From positions 1 to 64,000 of the forward strand of contig NW_024705111.1 of NCBI RefSeq assembly GCF_018977255.1: a stretch of DNA of 64,000 bases. The letters are read 5' to 3'. The DNA comes from Callorhinchus milii. Taxonomy: Eukaryota. Shown here piece by piece: positions 49,347-62,048 of this stretch. The notes below the pieces were generated by a model, which searched no databases, had not been told where the DNA came from, and saw nothing but the letters and a program-made list of their open reading frames with translations. The position numbers and the translations under genes were made by a program. Within the stretch, counting starts at the first letter, position 1. Every line of letters begins with the position of its first letter.

Positions 49347-52300
49347 AACTCACTTGCACGAGGCTCTGGGAGTAATCCAGAGATCACCACCTTTGAGGTC
49401 CTACTCTTTAGCTTTTTCCCTAACTTCTGATACTCTCCCTGTAGGATCTCAGGCCATTTTTGCCCCTACATCATGGATGCCAACATGGACCCCGACTTCT
49501 GGATGTTCCCCTTCCCCTATAGAAGGTTTCACACCTGTTCTGTGATGTCTAATGGTGAAGATTTGATCATCTGTTGCTCATTATTAAATCCAAGATGTTA
49601 TCTCCCTTTGTTGGCTCTATACAAACTGAGTCATAAAACAGCCTTCCCTTAACTCGAGAAACCCCTTCCCTGTTTCACCAGCAGACACATGGCTATCCCA
49701 GTCAATCTCCGGTAAGTTTAAAATCTCCAACTACTGTGGTTGGTCCCTTGCTGGTCACCTTCCTTATCTCATGCCACAGTTCCAGATCGAGGCCGTCACC
49801 CAGGCTTGGGAGTCTATAGCAATCTCTTCACCCCTCTTATTTCCCTTTTCACTTCTCCTCTGTACTTCCTACATTCTATTTGACTATCCTGTGTGTTTTG
49901 GACCTGACATTTGTCATAAGCCTCTTTTTTCTGTTTCATTTTAATCCCAATTTCCTTAGTCATCCAGGGAGGTTTGACTGTCCTACCTTTCCCCTTTGTG
50001 AGAATGTATTTGCTCTGTCCCCGAACTATCTCCTCCTGAAAGGCTTCCCATTGTTCGTTTGCTGTATTACCTGCCAATTTTTTTTCCAGTCTATCTTGGC
50101 CAGGTCCCTTTTTAACTCACTGATGTTAGCCCGCTTCCAATTGAGAGTCTTTACCTTTACCTTTGATTGATTGTGGTCCTTTTCCATAACTATTCTAAAC
50201 CTAATGATGTTGTGATCACTGTTGTCCAGATGCTCTCCTGCTGAAACCTGCTCCACTTGCCCCACTTCATTTCCCAGAACTAAATCCAGCACTGCTTCCT
50301 TCCTCGTTGGACTGGAAACATACTGATCCAGAAAGTTCTCTTGCACATATTTCAGGAATTCCTCCCCTTCCTTGCCCTTTACACGCTGTGTTTCCCAGTC
50401 TATGTGAGGATAATTGAAGTCCCCCATTATCACTACTCTATTGGATTTGCATCTCTCCGAAATCTACTGCAGATTTTGCTCATCTATCTCCTTCCCACTA
50501 TTTAGAGGTCTATAGTAAATACCTAACAGTAACAGCTCCTTTTCTGCTCCATAACTCTAACCAAATAGATTCAGTTTTTGGACCCACTAACACATCGTCC
50601 TGTTCCAGTACTGTGACTGCGTCCCTAATGAATATTGCCATCCCTCCTGCCTTTTTCCCTTCCCTATCCCTCCTGAATAGGATGTAGCCAGGAATATTCA
50701 GCTCCCATTCCTGTCCTTGCTTGAGCCAAGTCTCCGTAATTGCCACTACATCATAACCCCATGTGGCTCCTTGAGTCGCAGCTCACCAATATTATTCGTC
50801 ACTCTCTGTGCATTTACACACAGGTACTCCAATATCGGCTTAATCCACTTTACATCTCTCCCCCATCTCTTTCCACTGTTTGCTGGACTATTCCTTATTT
50901 CATTTCTGTTTGTCTCTCCTCATCCAATATGTAACTCGTTTCCCCTCCCTGATGCTACAACAACAAGATTCCATTTATAGAGCGCCTTTCACGTTGGGAA
51001 GCGTCCCAAGGCGCTGTACAGTTGGGTCAGGACCCGAGCATTGGGGGGAAATGGTCAGGGTGAATGGCCTTGTAGGTGAGGATGAGGATCTTGAATTCGA
51101 CATTCATTCTGATCCCCATCCCCCTCAAAATCAGTTTAAATGCTTTCCAACAGCATTTGTTATCCTTGTTGCAATGACATTGGTCCCAACCCTGCTCAGG
51201 TGAAACCCATCCCTCGTGCACATGCCCCATCTGCCCCAGAACTTGACCCAGTGGCTTAGAAAGCTGAAGCCCTCCTTCCTGCACCATTTCTCCAGCCAGG
51301 CATTCATGTGTTTGATCCTCCCAGTTTGGTGTTCACTTGTATAAGGCTGGACTACGGGAACTCTCTCCTCGCCGGCCTTCCCGCCACCTCCCTCCACAAG
51401 CTGCAGGTCATTCAGAACTCTGCAGCTCGTGTACTGTCCCGCACCAGGCTTCGGGACCACATCACTCCCACCCTCGCTCGCCTCCACTGGCTCCCCATCC
51501 CCAGAGGATTGATTTCAAGATCCTCATCCTCACCTACAAGGCCATTCACGGCCTTGCTCCCTCCTACCTCTCCGACCTACTATCCCCCTACCTACCTGCC
51601 CGTACCCTCCGTTCCTCTGGCTCCGGTCTGCTCCACGTCCCCCGCCCCAACGCCCTACCATCGGTGGTCGGGCCTTCAGCCTCTCAGCCCCCAGGCTCTG
51701 GAACTCCATCCCCAGTGCCTTCGCCGCTTCCTCCCTTTCCTCCTTCAAGGCCGGTCTCAAGACCTTTCTCTTTGACCGAGCCTTCAGCTCCCCTCTCGAC
51801 TCTCTTCCCCCTCCTCTCTCCCTCCCTTCCCTCCCCTCACCCTGACCATTTCCCCCTCCTCGCTCCCTCCCTTCCCTCCCCTCACCCTGACCATTTCCCC
51901 CCTGCTCGGGTCATGACCCAACTGTGCAGCTCCTTGGGACGTCCTCCTGACGTGAAAGGCGCTTTATAAATGGAATCTTGTTGTTGTTGTTGTTGTATAA
52001 GGCATTGGGAGTAATCCCGAGATCACCACCATTGAGGTCCTGCTCTTTAGCTTCTTCCCAAGCTTCTGATATTCTCCCTGTGGGGTCTCAGCCCTTTTAT
52101 CACCTACATCATAGATCCCGACGTGGACCACAACTTCCGGACTTTCCCCTTGCCCATGTAGGATATTTTGCACCTGTTCCGTGACGTCCTGCACCCCGAC
52201 CCCATGGAGGCAGCATACCAGGCGCGAGCCCGGCCTTTATGGCAAATACGCCTGTCTGTCCCTTTAACTGTTTGTATCCCCGATAACAGCAGCGTTGGTG

Positions 52301-52980
52301 TTTCTCCCCTTGTCCCCCTGAACATCGGTTACCTTTGGACTCTTCTCTCAGAGGTGTCCTCACCGGTATCCAGTACTGAGAACCAGTGTGTGAGTGCCAC
52401 ACTCTTAGGGCATTTCTGCCTGTTCTTTTTTTGCTCCACATCGGATGGTCACCCACTCACCCTTCTTCTGAGCCCTTTGTGGCTGTGGGGTGACCACCTC
52501 CTACTCCCTGTGGCTGTGGGGTGACCACCCCCTGAACTCTCTGTGGCTGTGGGGGACCACCTCCTGAAAAGTTCGATCCATAAATTCTTTGTTCTCCCAT
52601 TTCCTGTGTAGTGACTGTAGTCCCTCCTCAAGCTCAGTGACCCTGAGCTCCAGCTCAAGCTGCCGGGGGTACTTCCTACACACACACGTGTTTGTCCAGA
52701 ACACATGAACCATCCTGCAGTTCCCACATGGCACACAGTGTACATGGAATGGGTCTCAGCTGCCCTGCCAGGTTTTCAGACATGTTTTGTCTCAACAGTT
52801 TTGGGGTAAGTAGGTAAAAACAAGTAATTTCACACCTTTTATTCGCTTGCTCACACTCCGTATATACTAAACGCCCACTCAACACCTACCGCCACAGGGC
52901 TGTGACCTTTTGTGCAGGCTCTTGGGGGATTTGTTTCTCTTTTACAAGTTCTCACCTGCACCTAATTCCCACTCTCACCT
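49347..52980 (-). mobile_element. Mirror CR1 fragments with nested L2 (51348-51992 +, TSD TTGTATAAGGC)
   Basis: Reverse complement of ~7000-10634. Confidence 0.87.
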
Positions 52981-53496
52981 AATTCCCAAACAGAATTCTC
53001 ACTCTGTTGCTCTTCACTCCATTGCCTCAGTTGATATAGAAATGATATAGAAAAGCACTCTGAGACGCTGTCCGGCGTGGAGGACGCTATATAAATCCAA
53101 GTTGTTGTTGTTGTTGATGTATTCTATATCAAACGCAAGGATTATTATTATTATAATTTAGTATATGTAACCTCACGGTGATACGAGCTGGACAAGCAGC
53201 AGGAAGTGTCGGCAGTGCCAGTCGGCAGTGCTCACATTGGTTAAAGTCCAAGGCTTGGGTCTCTATACCTACCCCAAACTCCCCGGGATTAGATAAAGCT
53301 TTGGTCTGTCCCATTGAGGAGAATCTTCACGTCAGATTATACAATCAAATGTATTATATAATTGTTATAATTTAATATAATGTTAGTGACGATATTTAGT
53401 TTAGTCACTGATTTGAAACAAACTAATTGCCTGTGATCAGTGTAGGACTGTTCCCTCCAGGCTGGACTGTAACTGACGGAGATTTGTCCCTTAAAG

Positions 53497-53841
53497 GTGC
53501 GGCTGATCCTCTCCTCATTCAGTCCCCGACCCTGGAACGTGTCGCAGAGGGACACCCGGCCCGGTTACAGTGCTCCATGAAGAACGCCAACGTGAGCCAC
53601 ACCGATGTACACTGGTACCGACAACTCCCGGGACAGCATAAGGAGTGGATTTTAACACATGATACAAATGGAAGGAAAACAGATCACGAAGATGTTAATC
53701 AGCGTCTCCAGCCGTCCAGAGTCACCTCCAATAACACCTACATTCTGATACTCAGACGAGTGACAGTCAGTGACGCTGCCGTCTATCACTGCTGTGTGTG
53801 GGGAGATGTCTGTGGGAACGGGACCCGACTCAAAGTAACCA
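53497..53841 (+). CDS. V2': Ig V-set VJ exon (arm copy of V2, 3 amino-acid differences)
   Basis: Acceptor ccttaaag|, donor A|gtgagt; T>A, R>H, R>Q relative to V2. Confidence 0.9.
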
Positions 53842-54611
53842 GTGAGTAAACTTATACTGTGTCCAGATTTTACTGTCAGATTTCAGCTCCTCAAATGTCC
53901 TCAGGAGCTTTTTTTTGAGGCTGTCACCCAGGCTTGGGAGTCTATAGCAGACCCCAGTAATAGCTTACCTCGTTACCATCTTTTAATTCTACCCAAAGTG
54001 ATTCTGTGTCTGCCCTTTCCTTTTGTATATCCTCACTCACTAGTGTCTCATTAATGGAGTTTATATGTCGTGCCACACCACCTCCTCTTCTCCTGATACG
54101 GTCCCTACTGAACAGTTTATAACTTTGCAGGTGTGTATCCCATTGATTGGAGTCATTCCACCATATCTCTGTGTTGCTAATGATGTCCAATCTGTCACCT
54201 CCTACAAGGCCTTCCAGATCACGCATCTTGCTTGTCAGACTTCTTGTATTAATGCAAGTACAGCTCCATTGTCTTATGCCTTTCCCAATTACTTTATAAG
54301 CATTTTTTGTTTCTTCTACTCCAACCTTTGGAGTTAGACCCGTTATATTTGGGTTTATGTTTTCACTTGTAAGCTTTAAGGTTTTCCCTAATTGGTTGGG
54401 TGCTGTCTTACACTACCCCAACCACCCCTGAGCCCAGTTTAAACACTTGCTAACAACTTTTGAGAGAGTAGTAGATAATTATTTGGGGGAGACAGGTGTG
54501 CAGGGCTCTGGGGAGAGCGCGGGGGAGAATTGAATAGGTCTTTTCAAAGAGCCAACACAGACACAATGGGCCGAATGGCCTCCTTCTGTGCTGCATAATT
54601 CTATGGTTCTA

Positions 54612-54870
54612 TGATAACCAAACTATCTATCCTGCCTGCCAACACCTCTACACCCCTTTTGTTCCTGGTGCCTGTTATCAAGCCAGGCACCAGGAACCGT
54701 GCCCAAACCTGCTCAATCCTGAACCAGTCAGACCTCCAGGGAAGGGCAAAGCTTTGGAGTGAAGTTTGCCTCAAGGTAAGACCTCTGGTAAATAACCAAT
54801 GTGATTGGCATCTGATTGTACTGGTTCTGAAGCAGACGGGTCTGCAGTCCCCCAGAGCACTGTTACAACA
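54612..54870 (+). other. Conserved block upstream of V1' (hairpin 54661-54697; donor AAG|gtaaga after 54775)
   Basis: Mirror of 5111-5370. Confidence 0.55.
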
Positions 54871-54944
54871 TTATATAATATTATACAGGAATCCTGTCGT
54901 TCCACAGACGTCCTATAGCTACAACACCACCAGCAAAATCACAC

Positions 54945-56415
54945 TTGAATAGCGCCTTTCATGTCAGGAGGACGTCCCAAGGGGCTGGACAGACAGAGTT
55001 TCAGACCCGAGCTGGGAGTCAGGGTGTGGGAGGATGGAGGGAAGGGGGGGAATCTGGGTGATCGAAAGCACATTCGAAGAGAAGGCTCTTGAGTTGGGTC
55101 TTGAAGGTGTCGAGGGAGGGGGTAAGGCGGAGGGACAGCGAGATAGAGTTCCAGAGGGTGGGGGCAGAGTGGTAGAAGGTGCACACCTCAATATTGGGGT
55201 GAGCCAGGCGGGGGACGTGAAGCAAGCCAGAGCCCGCTGAGTGGAGGGGGTGAACAGGTGGTAAGGAGTTAGCAGGTGGCCGAGGTAGTGGGGAACAAGA
55301 TCATGGAGGGCTTTGAAGGTTAGGAACAGGATCTTGAACTTTATCCTATAATTTAATAATAATAATAATCCTTGCATTTGATATAGTCACGTATTCCAGA
55401 CGTCTCAAAGCATTTCACAGAATAATAATAATCCTTGCATTTGATATAGCGCTTTTCACGTCTGGAGGACGTCCCAAAGCGCTTCACAGAACACACTGTA
55501 AAGTGAATTGACTGTATATCTGTGGGCGAACGCGGCAGCCAATTGCGCACAGCAATGTCCCACAAACAGTCGTAGATTGAAAATGACCAATTTATTGTTT
55601 TGGTTTTGGAGGGATTATTATTAGGCTCTGTGTGGAGTAAGGAAACTTGCCCAAGGTTTGGCCCTGACCCCCCGGGAATAGAACTCAGGTCTCTCACTTG
55701 CAAAGCGAGTGCTCTAACCACTGAGCTGCAGGACTCCACGTACAGAATACACTGTAAAGTGAATTGACTGTACATTTGTGGGTGAAACGCGGCAGCCAAT
55801 TGCGCACAGCAGTGTCTCACAAACAGTCGTGGATCGCAAAAGAACAATTTATTATTGTTTTGGAGGGATTACTATCAGGTGTGTGGAGTAAGGACACTTG
55901 CCCAAGGTTTCGCCCTGACCTGCCGGGAATTGAACCCAGGTGTCTCGCTTGCAAGGTGAGTGCTCTAACCATTGAGTACAGGACTCCATCTTCTGTGTGA
56001 TGGGAAGCCAGTGGAGTCGGGCGAGGATGGGGTGATTGTGTCGCAGATCCTTGTGCGGGAGAGGACGTGGACTGTAGGGTTCTGGATGGTCTGGATGATG
56101 TAGCTACGCAGGAGGCCGGCAGCTCAGTGGTTAGAGCACTTGCCTCGCAAGCGAGAGACCTGGGTTTGATTCCCAGCCGGGCGAAGACTTGGGAAATTTA
56201 AGGTACTCCACACGCCTGATAATAATCCCTCAAGAAAAATTAAATAAATTGGTCACTTCAATCTATGACTGTTTGTGGGACACTGCTTTGCGCAATTAGC
56301 TGCCTTGTTTGCCCACAAATATACCATCAATTAACTTTACAGTCTATTCTGTGAAGGATTTTGAGACGTCTAGAAGATGTGAAAAGCGCTATATCAAATG
56401 CGAGGATTATTATTA
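54945..56415. mobile_element. Mirror cluster: old L2 3' piece (54945-55354 -), two SINEs (55355-55988 -), SINE (56111-56415 +)
   Basis: Reverse complement of 3571-5040. Confidence 0.85.
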
Positions 56416-56758
56416 TAATTTAGTATAGGTAACCTCACGGTGATACGAGCTGGACAAGCAGCAGGAAGTGTCGGCAGTGCCAGTCAGCAGTGCTCACATT
56501 GGTTAAAGTCCAAGGCTTGGGTCTCTATACCTACCCCAAACTCCCTGGGATAAGATAAAGCTTTGGTCTGTCCCATTGAGGAGAATCTTCAAGTTGGATT
56601 ATACAATTAAATGTATTATATAATTGTTATAATTTAATGTAATGTTAGTGACAATATTTAGTTTAGTCACTGATTTGAAACAAACTAATTGCCTGTGATC
56701 AGTGTAGGACTGTTCCCTCCAGGCTGGACTGTAACTGACGGAGATTTGTCCCTTAAAG

Positions 56759-57103
56759 GTGTGGCTGCTCCTCTCCTCATTCAGTCCCCGACCCTGGAAC
56801 GTGTCACAGAGGGACACCCGGCCCGGTTACAGTGCTCCATGAAGAACGCAGACGTGAGCCACAGTGATGTACACTGGTACCGACAACTCCCGGGACAGCA
56901 GAGGGAGTGGATTTTAACACATGATACAAATGGAAGGAAAACAGATCACGAAGTTGTTAATCAGCGTCTCCAGCCGTCCAGAGTCACCTCCAATAACACC
57001 TACATTCTGATACTCAGACGAGTGACAGTCAGTGACGCTGCCGTCTATCAATGCTGTGTGGAGGGAGATGTCTGTGGGAACGGGACCCGACTGAACATAA
57101 CCA
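56759..57103 (+). CDS. V1': Ig V-set VJ exon (arm copy of V1)
   Basis: Same translation as V1; ccttaaag| and A|gtgagt boundaries. Confidence 0.9.
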
Positions 57104-57172
57104 GTGAGTAAACTTATACTGTGTCAGGTTTTACTGTCAGATTTCAGCTCCTCAAATGTCCTCAGGAGCTTT

Positions 57173-57640
57173 GTGTAGGTACACACACTAAACTCTCACT
57201 GTGTGTAGGTACACACCTTAAACTCTCACTGTGTGTAGGTACACTCCCTAAACTCTCACTGTGTGTAGGTACACACACTAAACTCTCACTGTGTGTAGGT
57301 ACACACCTTAAACTCACACTGTGTGTAGGTACACACCTAAACTCTCACTGTGTGTAGGTACACACCTAAACTCTCACTGTGTGTAGGTACACACCCTAAA
57401 CTCACACTGTGTGTAGGTACACACCCTAAACTCACACTGTGTGTAGGTACACACCCTAAACTCTCACTGTGTGTAGGTACACACCCTAAACTCACACTGT
57501 GTGTAGGTACACACCCTAAACTCACACTGTGTGTAGGTACACACCCTAAACTCACACTGTGTGTAGGTACACACCCTAAACTCACACTGTGTGTAGGTAC
57601 ACACCCTAACCTCACACTGTGTGTAGGTACACACCCTAAA
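57173..57640. repeat. Mirror 30-bp minisatellite
   Basis: (aaactcacactgtgtgtaggtacacaccct)n. Confidence 0.95.
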
Positions 57641-58228
57641 CAACAAAAAGACAACAAGATTCCATTTATAGAGCGTCTTTCACGTCGGGAGGACGTCCCA
57701 AGGCGATGTACAGTTGGGTCAGGACCCGAGCATTGGAGGGAAATGGTCAGGGTGAGGGGAGGGAAGGGAGGGAGCGAGGAGGGGGGAATGGTCAGGGTAA
57801 GGGGAGGGAAGGGAGGGAACGAGGAGGGGGTAGAGAGTCGAGAGGGGAGCTGAAGGGTGAAGGTCAAAGAGAAAGGTCTTGAGACCGGCCTTGAAGGAGG
57901 AAAGGGAGGAAGCGGCGAAGGCACTGGGGATGGAGTTCCAGAGCCTTGGGGCTGAGATGCTGAAGGCCACCGATGGTCGGGCGGTAGGGGCGGGGGACGT
58001 GGAGCAGACTGGAGCCAGAGGAACGGAGGTTACGGGCAGCTACGTGGGGGATAGTGGGTCGGAGAGGTAGGAGGGAGCGAGGCCGGGAATGGCCTTGTAG
58101 GTGAGGATGAGGATCTTGAATTGGATCCTCTGGGGGATGGGGAGCCAGTGGAGGTGAGCGAGGGCGAGGGTTGGAGTGATGTGGTCGCGAAGCCTGGTGC
58201 GGGACAGTACACGAGCTTCAGAGTTCTA
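57641..58228 (-). mobile_element. Mirror L2 3' fragment
   Basis: Reverse complement of 1725-2312. Confidence 0.85.
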
Positions 58229-58696
58229 AACATAACACGGGGTCAACCTATGTTTGATATCAGGAGTGACTGGAAGGGATTTACAATGAGTTTGTTCATT
58301 GCACCAAAACATGGGAGAGATTCAGAGTAATGTATTGAGTTCCTATCGTCTGGGAAATGTAACGGGATCCACACTAAAGCAGCCGTCCAGGACTGGGAAC
58401 AAATACCCAGTGGCTCAGTTATTATCATTATCATTGCTGCCTTTGATACAGTGTTGATATCATTAAATGTCTCAAAAAGCTTCAGTAATGTGTAATGAAC
58501 TGGATTTGTACGTCAACACATCAGTGGATTTGACACAATGGGGTCCCAGCGACAGCCATGACGTGAAGATGAATGTGATGTGGGGGACTGTGGGCCTTGA
58601 CACCAGGAGACTCTCCCCTCTCTTCACCAGTGACGCAGCAGCTTTCATTTCCCCCTGAACAGCCAGAGCCTGGACTGGGATTACGTCTCTTCCAAA

Positions 58697-59399
58697 GGCG
58701 AGGCCCAGAGTGGGGAGGGCGAGGCCCAGAGTGGGGAGGGCGAGGCCCAGAGTGGGGAGGGCGAGGCCCAGAGTGGGGAGGGCGAGGCCCAGAGTGGGGA
58801 GGGCGAGGCCCAGAGTGGGGAGGGCGAGGCCCAGAGTGGGGAGGGCGAGGCCCAGAGTGGGGAGGGCGAGGCCCAGAGTGGGGAGGGCGAGGCCCAGAGT
58901 GGGGAGGGCGAGGCCCAGAGTGGGGAGGGCGAGGCCCAGAGTGGGGAGGGCGAGGCCCAGAGTGGGGAGGGCGAGGCCCAGAGTGGGGAGGGCGAGGCCC
59001 AGAATGAGGAGGGAGAGGCCCAGAGTGAGGAGGGAGAGGCCCAGAGTGAGGAGGGAGAGGCCCAGAGTGGGGAGGGCGAGGCCCATAGTGAGGTGGGCGA
59101 GGCCCAGAGTGCGGAGGGAGACGCCCGTACTGAGGAAGGAGAGGCCCAGAGTGGGGAGGGAGAGGCCCAGAGTGAGGAGGGCGAGGCCCAGAGTGAGGAG
59201 GGAGAGGCCCAGAGTGGGGAGGGCGAGGCCCAGAGTGGGCAGGGCGAGGCCCATAGTGAGGAAGGAGAGGCCCAGAGTGGGGAGGAAGAGGCCCAGAGTG
59301 GGGAGGGCGAGGCTCAGAGTGGGCAGGGCGAGGCCCATAGTGAGGAAGGAGAGGCCCAGAGTGGGGAGGAAGAGGCCCAGAGTGAGGAGGAAGAGGCCA
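58697..59399. repeat. 21-bp minisatellite (ggcgaggcccagagtggggag)n
   Basis: Mirror of 549-1254; here all units keep frame. Confidence 0.95.
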
Positions 59400-59548
59400 C
59401 TACAAGGCGAACCATAATCCAATCCCAAACCAACTGTAACTCAACCCAACATCACCCTCAGCTCGGGGGCCAAACCTGGACTGTCGAGCACTTTGTAATG
59501 TCCGCCCGATGTGAAAGGCCTCAATGTGTATTGTATCAATAGCCCAAA

Positions 59549-60394
59549 CCCCGACTGTATCCTGAGACCCCGACTGTATCCTGAGACCCCGACTGTAACC
59601 TGAGACCCCGACTGTATCCTGAGACCCCGACTGTAGCCTGAGACCCCGACTGTAGCCTAATACCTCGACTGTAGCCTGAGACTTCGACTGTATCCTGAGA
59701 CCTTGACTGTATCCTGAGACCTCGACTGTATCCTGAGACCCCGACTGTATCCTGAGACCCCGACTGTAACCTGAGACCCCGACTGTAACCTGAAACCCCG
59801 ACTATAACCTGAGACCCCGACTGTATCCTGAGACCCCGACTGTATCCTGAGACCCCGACTGTATCCTGAGACCCCGACTGTATCCTAAGACCCCGACTGT
59901 ATCCTGAGACCCCGACTGTATCCTGAGACCCCGACTGTAACCTGAGACCCCGACTGTAACCTGAGACCCCGACTGTAGCCTGAGACCCCGACTGTAGCCT
60001 GAGACCCCGATTGTAGCCTAATACCCCGACTGTATCCTGAGACCCCGACTGTATCCTGAGACCTCGACTGTATCCTGAGACCCCGACTGTATCCTGAGAC
60101 CCCGACTGTATCCTGAGACCCCGACTGTAACCTGAGACCCCGACTGTAACCTGAGACCCCGACTGTAGCCTGAGACCCCGACTGTATCCTGAGACCCCGA
60201 CTGTAACCTGAGACCCCGACTGTAGCCTGAGACCCCGACTGTATCCTGAGATGCCGACTGTAGCCTGATCCCCCGACTGTAACCTGAGACCCCGACTGTA
60301 GCCTGAGACCCCGACTGTAGCCTGAGACCCCGACTGTAGCCTGAGACCCCGACTGTAGCCTGAGACCCCGACTGTAGCCTGAGACCCCGACTGT
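59549..60394. repeat. 20-bp minisatellite (cccgactgtatcctgagacc)n
   Basis: About 42 units; mirror of the array at the window start. Confidence 0.95.
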
Positions 60395-60532
60395 GGCCAA
60401 ACTAATTCACAGGCAATCATAACACCAATAGCACCTTCACTTTGGGAGGATGTCCCAAGGCATTGATGACTCAACCCAATTCCAACTTCTACATTCCTTT
60501 ACGTGAAAGGCACGATGTAAATTTATATTGCA

Positions 60533-60645
60533 CGAGCTGTACCCACCCATTTGCAGCTCCGCTTGTAAACAAAGGATCCAATATGGAACGTAGATTGACA
60601 CATGGACAGATGCACAGACAGACACTTTGACTTTATTAGGATAGA
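60533..60645 (-). mobile_element. Short non-autonomous Helitron-like element
   Basis: Minus strand begins tctatcctaataaag...tgtctgtctgtg and ends gggtacagctcgt, resembling Helitron termini as I recall them. Confidence 0.45.
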
Positions 60646-60650
60646 TAGAT

Positions 60651-61405
60651 TACCTTTATTAATAAAGACGGAGTTTCTGTCTGTATGTGTCTGTGTTTCC
60701 GCCAACAACGCAATAACTGATTGACGTAGACCTCATCGGAAAGGCCTTTCATGCACGAATGTCATGGGCATTTTTTGTTCAGGGATCTCCTTTTGTTGAT
60801 GAGCTATATTTAAAAAATGCTTTAATTAAGCCCCAAAATATGAGGTATGCATGGTATTCTGCAAGAAAGTAGTGACAGAGGAAAGCACACAGCCTTCCAA
60901 AGGGCTATATGTAATATATTCTGCAACAAATGTATGGGAGTTTTTTCAGGTGGTCATGGGAGCTACAGTCCTCCCACAGGAGTCCTCCCAATAGTACATT
61001 TTCTTAATCTTAAGGGAAGATGCCTAAGAAGCGAAGATCAAGCCTTTCAAGGACAAATAAAAATGCCAGACAAAAGAGAGAAGGCCGATTAAATGAAACT
61101 GAAGAGCAAAGAAGAGCATGGCAGGACTTCTGTGATGAAAGGACTGCAAGATCACGGCAAAATGAGTTGGCTGCTCAAAGAAAAGCACAGCTGGACTTTG
61201 ACGCAAAAAGGCATGCAAGAACAGGTTAAAATAAATTGCTCGCTCAAAGAACAGCCCTGCAGGACTTGGACTCACAAAGGCATGCAAGACACGACAGAAG
61301 TCCTCCAGCTCAGTATAATGAAGACGGAATGTCTGTCTGTGTGTTAATCTACATTCCATGTTGGATCCTGTGGTTGCAAGTGAAGCTGCAACAGGTACAG
61401 GAAGT
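60651..61405 (+). mobile_element. Helitron-like fragment with degenerate 23-aa repeat ORF (ATG 61020)
   Basis: 5' ttaataaagacggagtttctgtctgtatgtg; MPKKRRSSLSR...NETEEQRRAWQ with 69-bp periodic repeats and an in-frame stop at 61227. Confidence 0.5.
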
Positions 61406-62048
61406 TATTGTCTACATAAGGGGAGCGGCTAAACTCCAGAGGGGAGGGGAGGGGAGAAACCCCAGCCGCAGACGGTGCCCCAACTCGAGCCCCAGGATTC
61501 ACCCTCCCCGGCTATCGCTCCTAGGCCATGGAAGAGCCGCGGAAGAACCTGGAAACCCCGTGGCCATCACCTGCCCAACTCCATCATTGCCCCACCCATC
61601 GCGTGGCCGCCCAGGAACACCAGGTAAATAAAGCAGCCAAACGGCAACACGGCCTCAGGAGGCTTCCACCTTACCACCTCCAGGCTGTGTCTGAGTGTGT
61701 GTGTGTGTGTGTGCGGTGTGTGTGCTCTATGATTCCACCCGCCACTGTGAATTGCCATAGCTACCAGGTGTAACTGCGGGCACAACCTGCGGGCATCCTG
61801 TGTGCTGAGCTTGTTTAGGTCATAGCTCGTCAACGGTAGGAGATCCCTGAAAACAATCCCCAAGTGCCCATGACACTCCCAGTTCCAAGAACTTTCTAAT
61901 GAGCTATAACTCATGTCTCTTTATTAGTATAGTTTGCTGTTTTATTAGTATAGATTGTTTTGTGTTTGTTTACATGTGAGGCGCTGTGTAAATGTCAGTT
62001 GTTGTGAAGCTCTGATTCTCTCATTCTCTCCACATTGTCTGGACACAG

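Larger units (their letters stand above)
36165..59947. repeat. Right arm of giant inverted repeat
   Basis: Starts gatgttctattctttagtatg, the reverse complement of 24444-24464, and mirrors the left arm to the 20-bp array. Differs by scattered SNPs, indels and array copy number. Confidence 0.97.

Noticed and set aside
56642-56698. MLVTIFSLVT... as a leader exon
   Set aside because: Runs into TGA with no suitable phase-1 GT donor; AT-rich intron-like context.
57104-62048. Ig constant (C1/C2) exon downstream of V1'
   Set aside because: Unique stretches (58230-58700, 59400-59540, 61410-61950) give no C...W...C pattern when translated.
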